DNA of 64,000 bases from an uncultured bacterium (GTDB lineage Bacteria > Oederibacteriota > PGYV01 > CAWJRG01), in assembly GCA_963845185.1 (NCBI GenBank), contig CAWJRG010000010.1:672001-736000 (forward strand). The letters run 5' to 3'. This document shows positions 47,606 through 57,757 of the stretch, one piece after another. Every line of letters starts with the position of its first letter. The first letter of the stretch is position 1. Below the pieces are notes generated by a model. It saw nothing but the letters and a program-made list of their open reading frames with translations, was not told the origin of the DNA and searched no databases. Position numbers and translations under genes: made by a program.

Positions 47606-48271
47606 TTACTTTGCACTCGGGTTTATAAATGACTTTTCGGAAACAACCTCGCCTTTTTTATTGTAAGTTTTTATCGTAACCAGGGCCCCCTCGTCATAAA
47701 TATGCTCTTCTTTCAAAGTCTTGCCGACATAGTATTTAACTATACCATCTATTATTTCGCCTTCCTTTATTATGGTACCATCTTCGTTATAAGTCCATTT
47801 CGCTATTTCCCTGCCCATTTTATAGAAAACTTCTATATTCCCTGTCTTTATGCTCACAATTTCTGCAAATATTTTATCTGACAAAAGCATGCCGTTCTCC
47901 GCATAGGTTTTCAGTCTTATCATCTGATCCGACCTGAAACGGCCTTCCTTCCATACATTACCCGATGGATAATATAGTTTATATGCTCCGTTTTTTTGTC
48001 CGCCGAGATATTTTTTTTCAACCATCAAAGCGCCGTTTTCATAATATTCCACAACATCCCCGTCCGGCACATCACCGTTAAGTTCGTACCTGATCAATAC
48101 ACCCTCTTTATTGACAACTTCAACTGCGTAAGTTTCCACATTATTTTTTGCGGTAAGCAGTCTTCCATCCTGGTAAAAATTGATTTTATAAGTCGTATTG
48201 CCCTCGTGGTCGGTACCGAGAATTATCGTTTTTTGAATCATTTGCACTTGCTTTTTTTCATTTTCTGCCAT
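47606..48271 (-). CDS. MORN-variant repeat protein
   Basis: DGDVVEYYENG, NGAYKLYYPSG units; GGAGG SD. Confidence 0.75.
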   Translation of the reverse strand: MAENEKKQVQMIQKTIILGTDHEGNTTYKINFYQDGRLLTAKNNVETYAVEVVNKEGVLIRYELNGDVPDGDVVEYYENGALMVEKKYLGGQKNGAYKLYYPSGNVWKEGRFRSDQMIRLKTYAENGMLLSDKIFAEIVSIKTGNIEVFYKMGREIAKWTYNEDGTIIKEGEIIDGIVKYYVGKTLKEEHIYDEGALVTIKTYNKKGEVVSEKSFINPSAK

Positions 48272-48414
48272 AATAATCCCTCCTGTGACTGCTTTTTACC
48301 TTTAATTTATGCCAAAAAATTATATCATAGTTTTCCCCTGATTTCTATTAAAATTATGCATTTCGATAAAAATATGGTATACTTATTAAAGCGGAGGATA
48401 AATTGAAAATTTTT

Positions 48415-48442
48415 GGAACAAATTTGATTAAAAATTGTCTAA
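48415..48442 (+). promoter_or_regulatory. Putative sigmaE/ECF promoter
   Basis: GGAAC-N17-GTCTAA upstream of the 48482 operon. Confidence 0.45.
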
Positions 48443-48481
48443 TAAGTAGGTAGTAAGTGTTAACAAAAGGAGGCGTTCGTT

Positions 48482-48931
48482 ATGAGAAAAAAAATAACAT
48501 TATTCATGGTTATATTGTTCATTTTATCTTGTTTTAGCGTTTATGCGGGAAACAAGGCATATAATTCCGCTGATTTTAAGGCTGAGATAAAGGATAAACG
48601 CGACAAATTTTATTTGCAAATTAAGGATAAATTTAATTTTAAGGATGCCGATATCAAGGCATTCAGGCAAAAAGGTTACAGCCCGTTTTTTAATTTTATC
48701 ATGCTTTCAATTGCGCACAAGGCAAATGCTCCGGCCGCGGATATAATAAAACTGCATGATGAAGGAAATACCTGGGACGAAATATGCAAGGCATTAAACA
48801 TAGATTATCCATCACTTATGGGTGATGTTGAAAAAAATATAAAAGCAAACAAAATACAATTTCCTGCGGCAACGGCTTCAGAGGGAAAAGCTGATTCGGT
48901 GCCTCCAAAGAAAACGGGGGTGCAAAAATGA
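48482..48931 (+). CDS. Exported hypothetical protein
   Basis: AGGAGG SD, signal peptide, G.TW.EIC..L helical motif. Confidence 0.75.
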   Translation: MRKKITLFMVILFILSCFSVYAGNKAYNSADFKAEIKDKRDKFYLQIKDKFNFKDADIKAFRQKGYSPFFNFIMLSIAHKANAPAADIIKLHDEGNTWDEICKALNIDYPSLMGDVEKNIKANKIQFPAATASEGKADSVPPKKTGVQK

Positions 48932-51012
48932 AAAAATTTATCCTGTTCTTGTTAGTTTTTGTATTTGCATTTGTTCCACTTGAATTTGCTAGTTGGCAGC
49001 AATTCCAGTGCAATGCGCAGCATAATGCGGCACAATGCGATGTGCCCATAAATTCACCTCTCTGCATTTCATGGAGGCATAAAATTGACGGAGTATATTC
49101 ATGTGCTTTGCCTTTAATTGACGATAATGGCAAAGTATATTTAAATAGTATGACTTCTGTTTATAGATTTGATGCAATAACAGGCGCTGTTGATTGGTGC
49201 ACAAATATTGATCCCACCAATTCGGTAGATGGCGCAGGTATTTTATATAATAATATGTTTATTTATAACTATAATGATGGTTTCAGGGCTCTTGATACTG
49301 GAACCGGTAATGTCTTATGGCAGAAAGATATTGTTGGAAATACCGGGGTTATTAATTTTGGCGAGGGTTATTCTTGCAATCCAATTCCTACTTTATATAA
49401 CGGGAAAATATATATTGGGGATTCAGCTGGTGAAATTATAGTGGTAAACCCCGATACAGGAGATACAATAAACATTTTTAAAGTAACTTCTACCGGCATA
49501 CAGGCCGCGCCTGCGATTGACACGGAAGGTGTGCTATATTTTGGCGCTGATGACGGTTATTTTTATGCAATAGACAGCAATACAGGCGCGGTAAAATGGC
49601 GGACATATTGCGGAAATCCCATTAATGCAAGCGCCTCGCTTGATGATAATGCTGCATATGTATGCGCACAGAATGAAATATTAAAATTTAACCGCTCGGA
49701 TGGCAGTATCCAATGGTCTGTTTTAATGGGCAGTTTTAGCAATAGCACAGGGACCGTGCTTAATGGCCATTATTATTGCGGTTCTGACGACAGGTATGTT
49801 TATTCAATAGACACTAATACAGGCGAGATTGCATGGAAAATTTATACCGAAGATAATATGTGTAAAATGTCTTGTATAATAATATGCTCAAAATTATTTG
49901 TAAACGGCTGTGTTGACAAAACTGTCATGATTGATGTTGACCAGGGACTTAAAGAATGGATATGCCATGCGTCAAGCGGCAGTTACACTACACCAGCTTA
50001 CTGGAACAAGCATATATTTTCAACTTCCGAAGACAGTTACCTGTATTCTATAGGCGAATGTGGGAATTGCCCGTGTGCATGTGACGCCAGGCCGACCGCG
50101 ACTTTTGAAGCAGCAAATCCTTGGATAGTAACAAAGACGCCTACAATATCGCCAACTTCCACCCCGACGCCTCCGCCTTCTTGGACATTTACAATAACGC
50201 CGACATATACAGTTACCCCTGTTTTAACGCAAACATTAACCTGTACAATAACGGTAACTTTTACATACACATTGACATTTACTGCAACTTTAACGCAGAC
50301 CCTGACTTTTACTTCTACGCCAACTTTGGTATTGCCGCCATCGCCAACTATAACTTCGACTCCTTTGCCGTGTGACGGCGTAACGCCTCCTCATTTTACT
50401 GTGAAAATGGTCTATAATTCTGATAATGCCAATAACACTGTATTTGAAATTACAAGCTCTGAGCCTCTGCAATCACCCCCAAAAGTTACTGTATACACGG
50501 AAGGTGCTGGTGTTATAAACGCAAATTCAATTAAAGCGCAGTGTTCAGGTAATCAACAAGCATTGACATTTACCGCACAGCCAGTGCAGGGTGAAAATCT
50601 TGAATACAGCCTCACTTACCCCAATCAGGCAGGTTTTAGTAATATTGACAAAGTAGTTATTGAAGGCACTGATATGTGCGGGGTAACAGGAACAAGCGAC
50701 GGGTCTTTTGACAAGCAGGTAATTACTGACCAGGATGTTAAAATGTTCAGCAATGTGATAGACCCTGATAAGGGCGACCATTGCACGATAATGTATAACG
50801 TTTATAAAAATGACAATGTAATCGTGAAAATTTATGACAGGAGCGGCACGCTTATTAAGACATTGGTAAATACAGCCCAGGCACAGGGCCAGTATGAAAC
50901 GTTATGGGATGGAACCAATGATAACGGCGATAAAGTTTCAAGCGGGATATACCTGGTTGTTGTAAAAACCTCGAATTACACTGCAAAGGAAAAAATAGCC
51001 GTAACAAGATAA
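48928..51012 (+). CDS. Secreted PQQ-like beta-propeller protein with Thr/Pro linker and T9SS-like/FlgD CTD
   Basis: WQQFQ, repeated A.D..TG.V.W units; T-rich linker; VKIYDRSG..WDGTND.G..VSSGIY..KIAVTR. Confidence 0.85.
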   Translation: MKKFILFLLVFVFAFVPLEFASWQQFQCNAQHNAAQCDVPINSPLCISWRHKIDGVYSCALPLIDDNGKVYLNSMTSVYRFDAITGAVDWCTNIDPTNSVDGAGILYNNMFIYNYNDGFRALDTGTGNVLWQKDIVGNTGVINFGEGYSCNPIPTLYNGKIYIGDSAGEIIVVNPDTGDTINIFKVTSTGIQAAPAIDTEGVLYFGADDGYFYAIDSNTGAVKWRTYCGNPINASASLDDNAAYVCAQNEILKFNRSDGSIQWSVLMGSFSNSTGTVLNGHYYCGSDDRYVYSIDTNTGEIAWKIYTEDNMCKMSCIIICSKLFVNGCVDKTVMIDVDQGLKEWICHASSGSYTTPAYWNKHIFSTSEDSYLYSIGECGNCPCACDARPTATFEAANPWIVTKTPTISPTSTPTPPPSWTFTITPTYTVTPVLTQTLTCTITVTFTYTLTFTATLTQTLTFTSTPTLVLPPSPTITSTPLPCDGVTPPHFTVKMVYNSDNANNTVFEITSSEPLQSPPKVTVYTEGAGVINANSIKAQCSGNQQALTFTAQPVQGENLEYSLTYPNQAGFSNIDKVVIEGTDMCGVTGTSDGSFDKQVITDQDVKMFSNVIDPDKGDHCTIMYNVYKNDNVIVKIYDRSGTLIKTLVNTAQAQGQYETLWDGTNDNGDKVSSGIYLVVVKTSNYTAKEKIAVTR

Positions 51013-51076
51013 TGATTTAATTGCAATATCAGTGTATATTATAACTGAAAAAAATCTTTATTAAAGGCCAAACAAT

Positions 51077-52342
51077 ATGAAAAGATTATATTTTTCAGTT
51101 ATAATAATTTCAGCCTTTTTTTTATTTTTCCAAAATATTTTTCCTGCTACCTGCCCTACCAAAAACTGCCCTGCAGACAGGGACACTCCCTTGGCCGAAT
51201 ATTTGTTTCAAAATAATTTAAACGACTCTAGCGGCAATAATTTGACTGCAGGCGACGTTAATCCTGCATATCCCGTAAATTATTACCAGAACATAGGCGG
51301 CAGGCCGGGCTATTCCGTTGATAATTTTGTATTCGGAAGTTCTACCGGCGTGACAATACCCGCTTGTGTATTATACAGAAATGAAGGAGAAATTGATTGG
51401 TATCAGTATGTAACATTCTCCGGCAATGGCTATACAAATTATTTTTTAGTCTGGTCTACAGCGACAACCAACCCGCTTTGTTCTCTCGGTATATATACAG
51501 GAGATGCTTCGGTTTTTGGCCCGGATATTGTACGGGTTGATTATACTACATTAAGCGGTACCAATGTTGCCGTAGAAGAATATATGGGAGACTGGCTGGT
51601 ATTAAATCAATGGCAGCACTTTAGTTTTCAATGGGGAAATTTTGGTACCAGATTTTATGTTAATGGTGTAATGGTCGCGGGAGACTTTTCCACTTTTTAC
51701 CAGGGTGCAGAGGATAGCACTATCCTGGCTTTAGGTACATGGGGCGGATTAGCAAGCTCTGGTTTTTACGGCTACATAGCCGATCTTACATTCTGGCCAT
51801 GTTCAAGCCACGGCACAATGACCCAGACTCCCACTTTAACAGCAACTCCTTCCTGTACGCCAGGTGGGCCTTCTTTAACAATAACTGAAATTTTTACACA
51901 AACAACCATATTCACCGAAACCCCAACATTCACATATACGCTCTCAATTATAGGCACAATTACTGCAACTGTTACTTACACTGCATCCTCAACTTTCACA
52001 ATAACACCTACAATTACTCCCACTTTTACCATTACGCCGACACTAATTTATAACGGATTTGATTTTATTGGTGTTTACCCGAGCCCGGCTAAGAAAACAA
52101 CAAACTTTATCTTCGTGTCTTACGAAGATTGTAACGTAAAGATATCCCTGTATACCGTGTCAGGCGAAAAAATCAATGAGATAAGCTCACACGGCCAGTA
52201 TGGAGTTAACAATATAACATACGATTTGACCAATTATTCCGGTAGGCAGCTGGCAAGCGGCATATATATTTACAGTATAGAAATGAAAAGTGTTTCAGGC
52301 AGCAAAAAAACAATATGGAAAAAACTTGCAGTGGTAAAATAG
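51077..52342 (+). CDS. Secreted LamG-like protein with Thr/Pro linker and T9SS-like CTD (paralog 1)
   Basis: YLFQNNLNDSSGN, NQWQH..FYVNG, FYGYIAD; YPSPA..LASGIYIY..KKLAVVK. Confidence 0.8.
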   Translation: MKRLYFSVIIISAFFLFFQNIFPATCPTKNCPADRDTPLAEYLFQNNLNDSSGNNLTAGDVNPAYPVNYYQNIGGRPGYSVDNFVFGSSTGVTIPACVLYRNEGEIDWYQYVTFSGNGYTNYFLVWSTATTNPLCSLGIYTGDASVFGPDIVRVDYTTLSGTNVAVEEYMGDWLVLNQWQHFSFQWGNFGTRFYVNGVMVAGDFSTFYQGAEDSTILALGTWGGLASSGFYGYIADLTFWPCSSHGTMTQTPTLTATPSCTPGGPSLTITEIFTQTTIFTETPTFTYTLSIIGTITATVTYTASSTFTITPTITPTFTITPTLIYNGFDFIGVYPSPAKKTTNFIFVSYEDCNVKISLYTVSGEKINEISSHGQYGVNNITYDLTNYSGRQLASGIYIYSIEMKSVSGSKKTIWKKLAVVK

Positions 52343-52377
52343 GCTTTAAAATGCATTATATTGAAAGGTTGCATAAA

Positions 52378-53637
52378 ATGAAAAAGTTGTATTTTTCATT
52401 AATAATTGCAGGTATTCTTTTATTATTGCCTTTTTATATTTTTCCTGCTACCTGCCCTACCAAAAACTGTCCGGCAGACAGGGACACTCCCCTGGCTGAA
52501 TACCTGTTTCAAAATAATTTAAACGACTCAAGCGGAAACAATTTGACAGCTGGCGACGGTAATCCTGCATTTCCCGTAAATTATTACCAGAACATAGGCG
52601 GTATGCCGGGTTATTCAGTTGATAATTTTAGCGGGGCATCCAGTATTTCAATACCCGCATGTGTATTATACAGGTCCGAAGGAGAAATTGACTGGTATCA
52701 ATATGTAACTTTTTCAGGAACCAGTACTTCAAACTATTTTCTGGTCTGGGCCACAGAGTCAACCAACCCGCTTTGTTATCTTTTTATAGTTACTGGAGAT
52801 GGTGCAGTTACAAGCCCGGATATTATTAGGGTTGATTATACTACATTAGACAGTACAAATAATGTTGTCACAGAAGAATTTATGGGGGACTGGCTGGTAT
52901 TGAACCAATGGCAGCACTTCAATTTTCAATGGGGTAGTTTTGGCACCAGGTTTCTTATTGATGGTGTTATGGCAGCAGGAGATTTTTCCATCTGGGACCA
53001 GGGCGCACAGGATAGCCCCGACCTGTATTTAGGAATCTTTCCTACTACAAACGATGGTTTTTACGGTTATTTAGATGATGTTGAATTCTGGCCGTGTTCA
53101 AGCCACGGAACAATGACACAGACACCTACTTTGACAGCTACTCCTACCTGCACGCCCGGCGGGCCTTCTTTAACAATAACTGAAACTTTTACACAAACAA
53201 CTATATTCACCGAAACCCCTACATTCACATATACGCTATCAATTATAGGCACAATTACTGCAACTGTTACTTACACTGCATCCTCAACTTTCACAATAAC
53301 GCCCACAATTACTCCCACTTTTACCATTACGCCGACACTAATCTATAGCGGATTTGATCTTATTGGTGTTTACCCGAGCCCGGCTAAGAAAACAACAAAC
53401 TTTATCTTCGTGTCTTACGAAGATTGTAACGTAAAGATATCCCTGTATACCGTATCCGGTGAAAAAATCAATGAGATAAGCTCACACGGCCAGTATGGAG
53501 TTAACAACATAACATACGATTTGACCAATTATTCCGGCAGGCAGCTGGCAAGCGGCATATATATTTACAGTATTGAAATGAAAAGTGTTTCAGGCAGTAA
53601 AAAGACAATATGGAAAAAACTTGCAGTGGTTAAATAG
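52378..53637 (+). CDS. Secreted LamG-like protein with Thr/Pro linker and T9SS-like CTD (paralog 2)
   Basis: Tandem duplicate of 51077..52342; start MKKLYF at 52378. Confidence 0.8.
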   Translation: MKKLYFSLIIAGILLLLPFYIFPATCPTKNCPADRDTPLAEYLFQNNLNDSSGNNLTAGDGNPAFPVNYYQNIGGMPGYSVDNFSGASSISIPACVLYRSEGEIDWYQYVTFSGTSTSNYFLVWATESTNPLCYLFIVTGDGAVTSPDIIRVDYTTLDSTNNVVTEEFMGDWLVLNQWQHFNFQWGSFGTRFLIDGVMAAGDFSIWDQGAQDSPDLYLGIFPTTNDGFYGYLDDVEFWPCSSHGTMTQTPTLTATPTCTPGGPSLTITETFTQTTIFTETPTFTYTLSIIGTITATVTYTASSTFTITPTITPTFTITPTLIYSGFDLIGVYPSPAKKTTNFIFVSYEDCNVKISLYTVSGEKINEISSHGQYGVNNITYDLTNYSGRQLASGIYIYSIEMKSVSGSKKTIWKKLAVVK

Positions 53638-54391
53638 ATTTTACAAAAAATTTAAAATATATCATCAGCATAAATAATACCGCCATAAAGCAAAGTGCGA
53701 ATATATCCTTGTAATTCATGCTGTATTTTTCCCTGATATCTATTTTGTTCTGCGGCGAAAAGCCTTTGGACTCAAGCGCAGCTGTCAGGCTCTGCGCCTT
53801 TTTTATGCCGTTTAAAATCAGCGGTATCAGAAGAGGCACATATGACTTAATCCGCATTATTATGCCGCCTTTTTCTACGTTGTTTCCCCTCACTTTTTGC
53901 GCCTCGACTATTGTGAATCCGGTTGATATAAAAATTATCACCATTCTTAACGACAGCGATACGGCAAAAGCCGCTCCGTAAGGCACTTTAAGCATGACAA
54001 GCCCGTCGGAAAATTCCTCTAGCGACGTTATCGACAAAAATAAAAGCCCTGAAAGGAGCATGTTGACAAATCTCATGCCAGCTGTGGCGGCGTAATAAAT
54101 GGAATTCTTATAAAACACAAATATTTTATCCCCGCTGCCGTGATAGAAAACAAGCCAGAGCACAAAAGTCATAAATCCTATCAGGATAAATAAAGCAGCT
54201 ATTTTCTTGATATTTGCCGTGCTTTCGGCAAGTAAAAAAAATACAATAATAAACGCAAAAATAAAAAGCATGTTGTAAATATTTGTGCTTGCGGCGGAAA
54301 TTATGAACAAAAAAAATAAAAAAATGATTTTCACAACAGGGTTAAACCTGTGCAGGAAAGTGTTTTTGTCGCTGTAAAAAAATACGCTCAT
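53630..54391 (-). CDS. ecfT: ECF transporter T component
   Basis: FLHRFNP..K, AQKVRG, ALESKGF. Confidence 0.88.
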   Translation of the reverse strand: MSVFFYSDKNTFLHRFNPVVKIIFLFFLFIISAASTNIYNMLFIFAFIIVFFLLAESTANIKKIAALFILIGFMTFVLWLVFYHGSGDKIFVFYKNSIYYAATAGMRFVNMLLSGLLFLSITSLEEFSDGLVMLKVPYGAAFAVSLSLRMVIIFISTGFTIVEAQKVRGNNVEKGGIIMRIKSYVPLLIPLILNGIKKAQSLTAALESKGFSPQNKIDIREKYSMNYKDIFALCFMAVLFMLMIYFKFFVKSI

Positions 54392-56013
54392 CTTTCCCTC
54401 CAGCACTGCTTAAACTCATTTTCATTCAGGAGCAGCTTTGAATTAAGCTTCAGCGACAGTTCCATAATTTCAGTTTTTGTTATTTTTGCCGCTTCAAGCA
54501 GGTTTTCATCAGAAAAAAACCGCCTTTTGTCGCCGTAGAAGATTATTTTTCCCTCGTTTAAAGCCATTATCTTATTGCCGTACAAAGCCGCTGTCTCCAT
54601 CGCGTGGGTAATCATTAATATAGTATGCCCGTTTATGTTAAGCCCTTCTATTATGCCCATTAATTCGCATAACGACGGATAATCAAGGCCTGTTGTAGGC
54701 TCGTCAAGGATGATAATTTCCGGTTCAGCAACGATTATTGAAGCGCACGCGATTTTTTCCCTGTCGCCTTTTGGCAGAATGAAAGGGTCCATGTCCTTTT
54801 TATCATAAAGCCCCATGGTTCTCATCAGGCTGTCAACCCTGTCTCTCATTTTTACTTCATCCAACTTTTGCATTTTCAGTATAAAAGCGATTTCATCGAA
54901 TACAGTTTCAGCAAATATCTGGTTATCAGGATTCTGGTATACATACCCGATAACCCCTGAAAGCATTTTATCCTTTATGCTCATACCTTTATAAAAAATA
55001 AAACCGTACTCGGGTTTTAATATGCCTGCCAGAATTTTCATAAGCGTTGTTTTGCCAGAGCCGTTTGCCCCCACCACAGTTACAAAATCCCCCCTCTTAA
55101 TTTCAAAATTTATGTTATCTATTGTTTGCGTGCTTATATCCTCGTATTTGAAGTACAAATTTTTTGCCTCTACTATTGTTTCAGATTGTTCATTTTTATT
55201 TTGCGTGATTGTTTCATATTCTTTTTCGTCGAAATAATATCTTTCTTTTATCAAATCTTCGTTTATTCCCTGTGAAAATATTTTATACGCCCCCGGGGCG
55301 GAAAGCCCTGCCAAAGAAAGCAATTCCTTGTCTTTAACTGCACTTTTATCGCCGTCATAAATTATTTCCCCGTCATTAATGATTATTATCCTGTCAAAAT
55401 AACTGTAAAAGTCCAGTGACTGCTCAAATAATATGATATTTCCCTTATATCCGCCGCTTTTTAAAAAGTCCAAAATAAACTGCCTGGATGCCGGCTCTAT
55501 GTCAGTAAACGGCTCGTCAAGGATTAAAACTTCCGGGTTAATGCCGAAAAGGCTTAAAAGCGCTATTTTTTGTTTTTCTCCTCCGGACAGTTCGTATATG
55601 TTGCGTGTTAAAAGGCTTGTGATGCCGAATTTTTCCGCAAGCTCTTCTGCTTTTTTTAAAGCTTCTTTGTAACTTGAGCCGGTATTTAAAGAATAAAAAA
55701 CAAGTTCTTCTTTTACCGATGTTGATATTATCTGGGTTTCAAAATCCTGAAACAATATTGAAATGTTTTTGACAAGATTTTTGTATACGTAGGCATTGAT
55801 ATCCCTGTTTCGGAATAAATACTGCCCCTGCGCGCTGCCCTTTTCAACATTTGGTATTATGCCGCTTAAAATTTTCGAAAGTGTTGTTTTGCCCGCCCCA
55901 TTTTTACCGGCTATGAGTGTTTTTTCGCCCGGATTTATTTTAATATTTATATCTTTTAAGACCCGCGGCGTATTTGATTTATACCTGAAATTAAGATTTT
56001 TTATTTCTATCAT
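54388..56013 (-). CDS. ecfA: ECF transporter duplicated ATPase
   Basis: Two ABC domains: GKNGAGKTT/LSGGEKQ and GANGSGKTT/QNPDNQIF/LDEPT. Confidence 0.9.
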   Translation of the reverse strand: MIEIKNLNFRYKSNTPRVLKDINIKINPGEKTLIAGKNGAGKTTLSKILSGIIPNVEKGSAQGQYLFRNRDINAYVYKNLVKNISILFQDFETQIISTSVKEELVFYSLNTGSSYKEALKKAEELAEKFGITSLLTRNIYELSGGEKQKIALLSLFGINPEVLILDEPFTDIEPASRQFILDFLKSGGYKGNIILFEQSLDFYSYFDRIIIINDGEIIYDGDKSAVKDKELLSLAGLSAPGAYKIFSQGINEDLIKERYYFDEKEYETITQNKNEQSETIVEAKNLYFKYEDISTQTIDNINFEIKRGDFVTVVGANGSGKTTLMKILAGILKPEYGFIFYKGMSIKDKMLSGVIGYVYQNPDNQIFAETVFDEIAFILKMQKLDEVKMRDRVDSLMRTMGLYDKKDMDPFILPKGDREKIACASIIVAEPEIIILDEPTTGLDYPSLCELMGIIEGLNINGHTILMITHAMETAALYGNKIMALNEGKIIFYGDKRRFFSDENLLEAAKITKTEIMELSLKLNSKLLLNENEFKQCWRER

Positions 56014-56090
56014 TTTCCCCGTCTTCTTATGCCAGTTTTAATTTTATGGCTGAGCGCAATAAAGCAAAACCTAATTTGAGTTTTATCTAA

Positions 56091-56651
56091 CTAATCCTTT
56101 TCTCCATAAATCAAATCCATTTTTTTTATCCTGGCGTACAATAATTTCATGAGTATGGGCCCGAGTATGCCGGACATTATTGAATTATTGATAAAAACCA
56201 CTAGAAATATGACTTTAAAAGGCGCAAAACCCAGAACCTGCACCCCGAAACCGACAATCAACGCGCAGACAAGGCTTGATATTACCCCGCATAAGACAAA
56301 TATTGCCGATTGTTTCCATTTCATTGTTACTTCTTCCCTGACCATGACACACCACAATATGAACGCTGTATAGGAAAAAAAGAAATTTCCCGCAAATCCA
56401 AAAGCGCTTGCAGGGGAAAGCATCCCGAAAAAATCCGCGATTAAGTTTCCTATTGCAGAGCCCCACGCCGCAGCAGGGCCGAACAAAATCCCGAACAAAA
56501 CAGGTATCACGCCTGCCGGCCTTAATTCGGCAAGCCCCGGTATTATCTGTATGGGTTTGAAAGGTATCAGGGTGCCAGCATATATGGCTGCAGTTATGGC
56601 TACCATGACTATCTGCCTTGTCTTTCCCCACACGGCAAAAATTTCCTTCAT
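56091..56651 (-). CDS. ECF transporter S component (QueT-like)
   Basis: AAIYA, LRPA..P..FG.LFGP..AWG.AIGNLIAD. Confidence 0.75.
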   Translation of the reverse strand: MKEIFAVWGKTRQIVMVAITAAIYAGTLIPFKPIQIIPGLAELRPAGVIPVLFGILFGPAAAWGSAIGNLIADFFGMLSPASAFGFAGNFFFSYTAFILWCVMVREEVTMKWKQSAIFVLCGVISSLVCALIVGFGVQVLGFAPFKVIFLVVFINNSIMSGILGPILMKLLYARIKKMDLIYGEKD

Positions 56652-57757
56652 TGCGTTTCCTGTTTTATTAAATACGCTTTTAATTTTTCCTTTTTTATAA
56701 AATCCCAGGCATACGCCTTTGCATCGTTTTGCGAAACGAATTTACCTATCTGCACGGCGTAAAACTTGTCGTGTTTTTTCAGGAAGGCAACATATTTTTT
56801 TCCCTGCATTTTGCCGTATATCATATCGGCAAATTTTTTGTTTGAGTACGCGCCTATCTGTATGGTGTAATATGTGCCGTTTTTAGGCATTGCCTGTATG
56901 ACAATGGTTTCCACCGGCTCAGGCGTCATTATTTCTTCGGGCGTGGGCCCTTCCATGTTGGCTGTATAATACCTTGCTTCTTTGCTGTCCGGGTATTTTT
57001 CTACAAGTTCCTTGATAAAAGCCTCGGCTCCTTTGTTGTCCTGGTTTTCCTTTGATGCAGCCACTATTTTGGAATAAACAAAAGGCATGTATATATTCTG
57101 GTCTTCAAGCCCTGATTTGATTACTTCTTTGTACATATTAATTGAGTCCTGATAGTTTCCTTGGTTAAAAAGCGCGTTAGCGTAAGCAAGGCTTATCCTG
57201 TTTTTAAAGGCTTCAGGAGTTTTATTGCCCTTGTAATCTTTGTAAATCGATTCTGCCTCTGAATATTGCTTAAGGCCGTAAAGCGTGAGCATCATCCCGT
57301 AATAAGACGGCTCAAGCCATGCGCTGTCCCTGTGTTTTTCAAGTATTGCCGCGAAATATTCCTTTGATTTTTTATAATCATCCATGGCGTAGTACAGCTG
57401 GCCAAGCGAATATTCAGCTTCAGCCTCGTATTCGCTGCCTGCGTATTTGTCTATGACGCTGCTGTATAAATCGGCTGCTTTTTCTTTTTCTTCGGCAATG
57501 CTGCCGAGCTTTATCAGGAATTCCGGCACAAATTTGCTGTTTGGAAAATCCTTGATAAAAGCGTTCATTTCTTCCCTTGCCTGGTCAAAATCTTTGTTAT
57601 TATAAGCATTTATGGCCGAATTATAAGCATCCCCTTCAAGCGCTATGGGATATATGGAAACCGCGGTCATTAATAAAATAATCATTGCCGTTAATACTGT
57701 TATTAACGATATTTTTTTTAATCCAAAATTTTGAATCCCAAATCCCGTATTATTCAT
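56648..57757 (-). CDS. Exported TPR protein with C-terminal SPOR domain
   Basis: TPR units (FIKDFPNS, LVEKYPDS); YYTIQIGAY..Y.VQIG.F. Confidence 0.85.
   Translation of the reverse strand: MNNTGFGIQNFGLKKISLITVLTAMIILLMTAVSIYPIALEGDAYNSAINAYNNKDFDQAREEMNAFIKDFPNSKFVPEFLIKLGSIAEEKEKAADLYSSVIDKYAGSEYEAEAEYSLGQLYYAMDDYKKSKEYFAAILEKHRDSAWLEPSYYGMMLTLYGLKQYSEAESIYKDYKGNKTPEAFKNRISLAYANALFNQGNYQDSINMYKEVIKSGLEDQNIYMPFVYSKIVAASKENQDNKGAEAFIKELVEKYPDSKEARYYTANMEGPTPEEIMTPEPVETIVIQAMPKNGTYYTIQIGAYSNKKFADMIYGKMQGKKYVAFLKKHDKFYAVQIGKFVSQNDAKAYAWDFIKKEKLKAYLIKQETQ

Noticed and set aside
47340..47628. Short ORFs over the TPP leader
   Set aside because: They overlap the riboswitch aptamer and terminator
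51077..53637. DGR template/variable repeat pair
   Set aside because: Both copies are full genes, differences are not adenine-specific and include indels, and no reverse transcriptase is present
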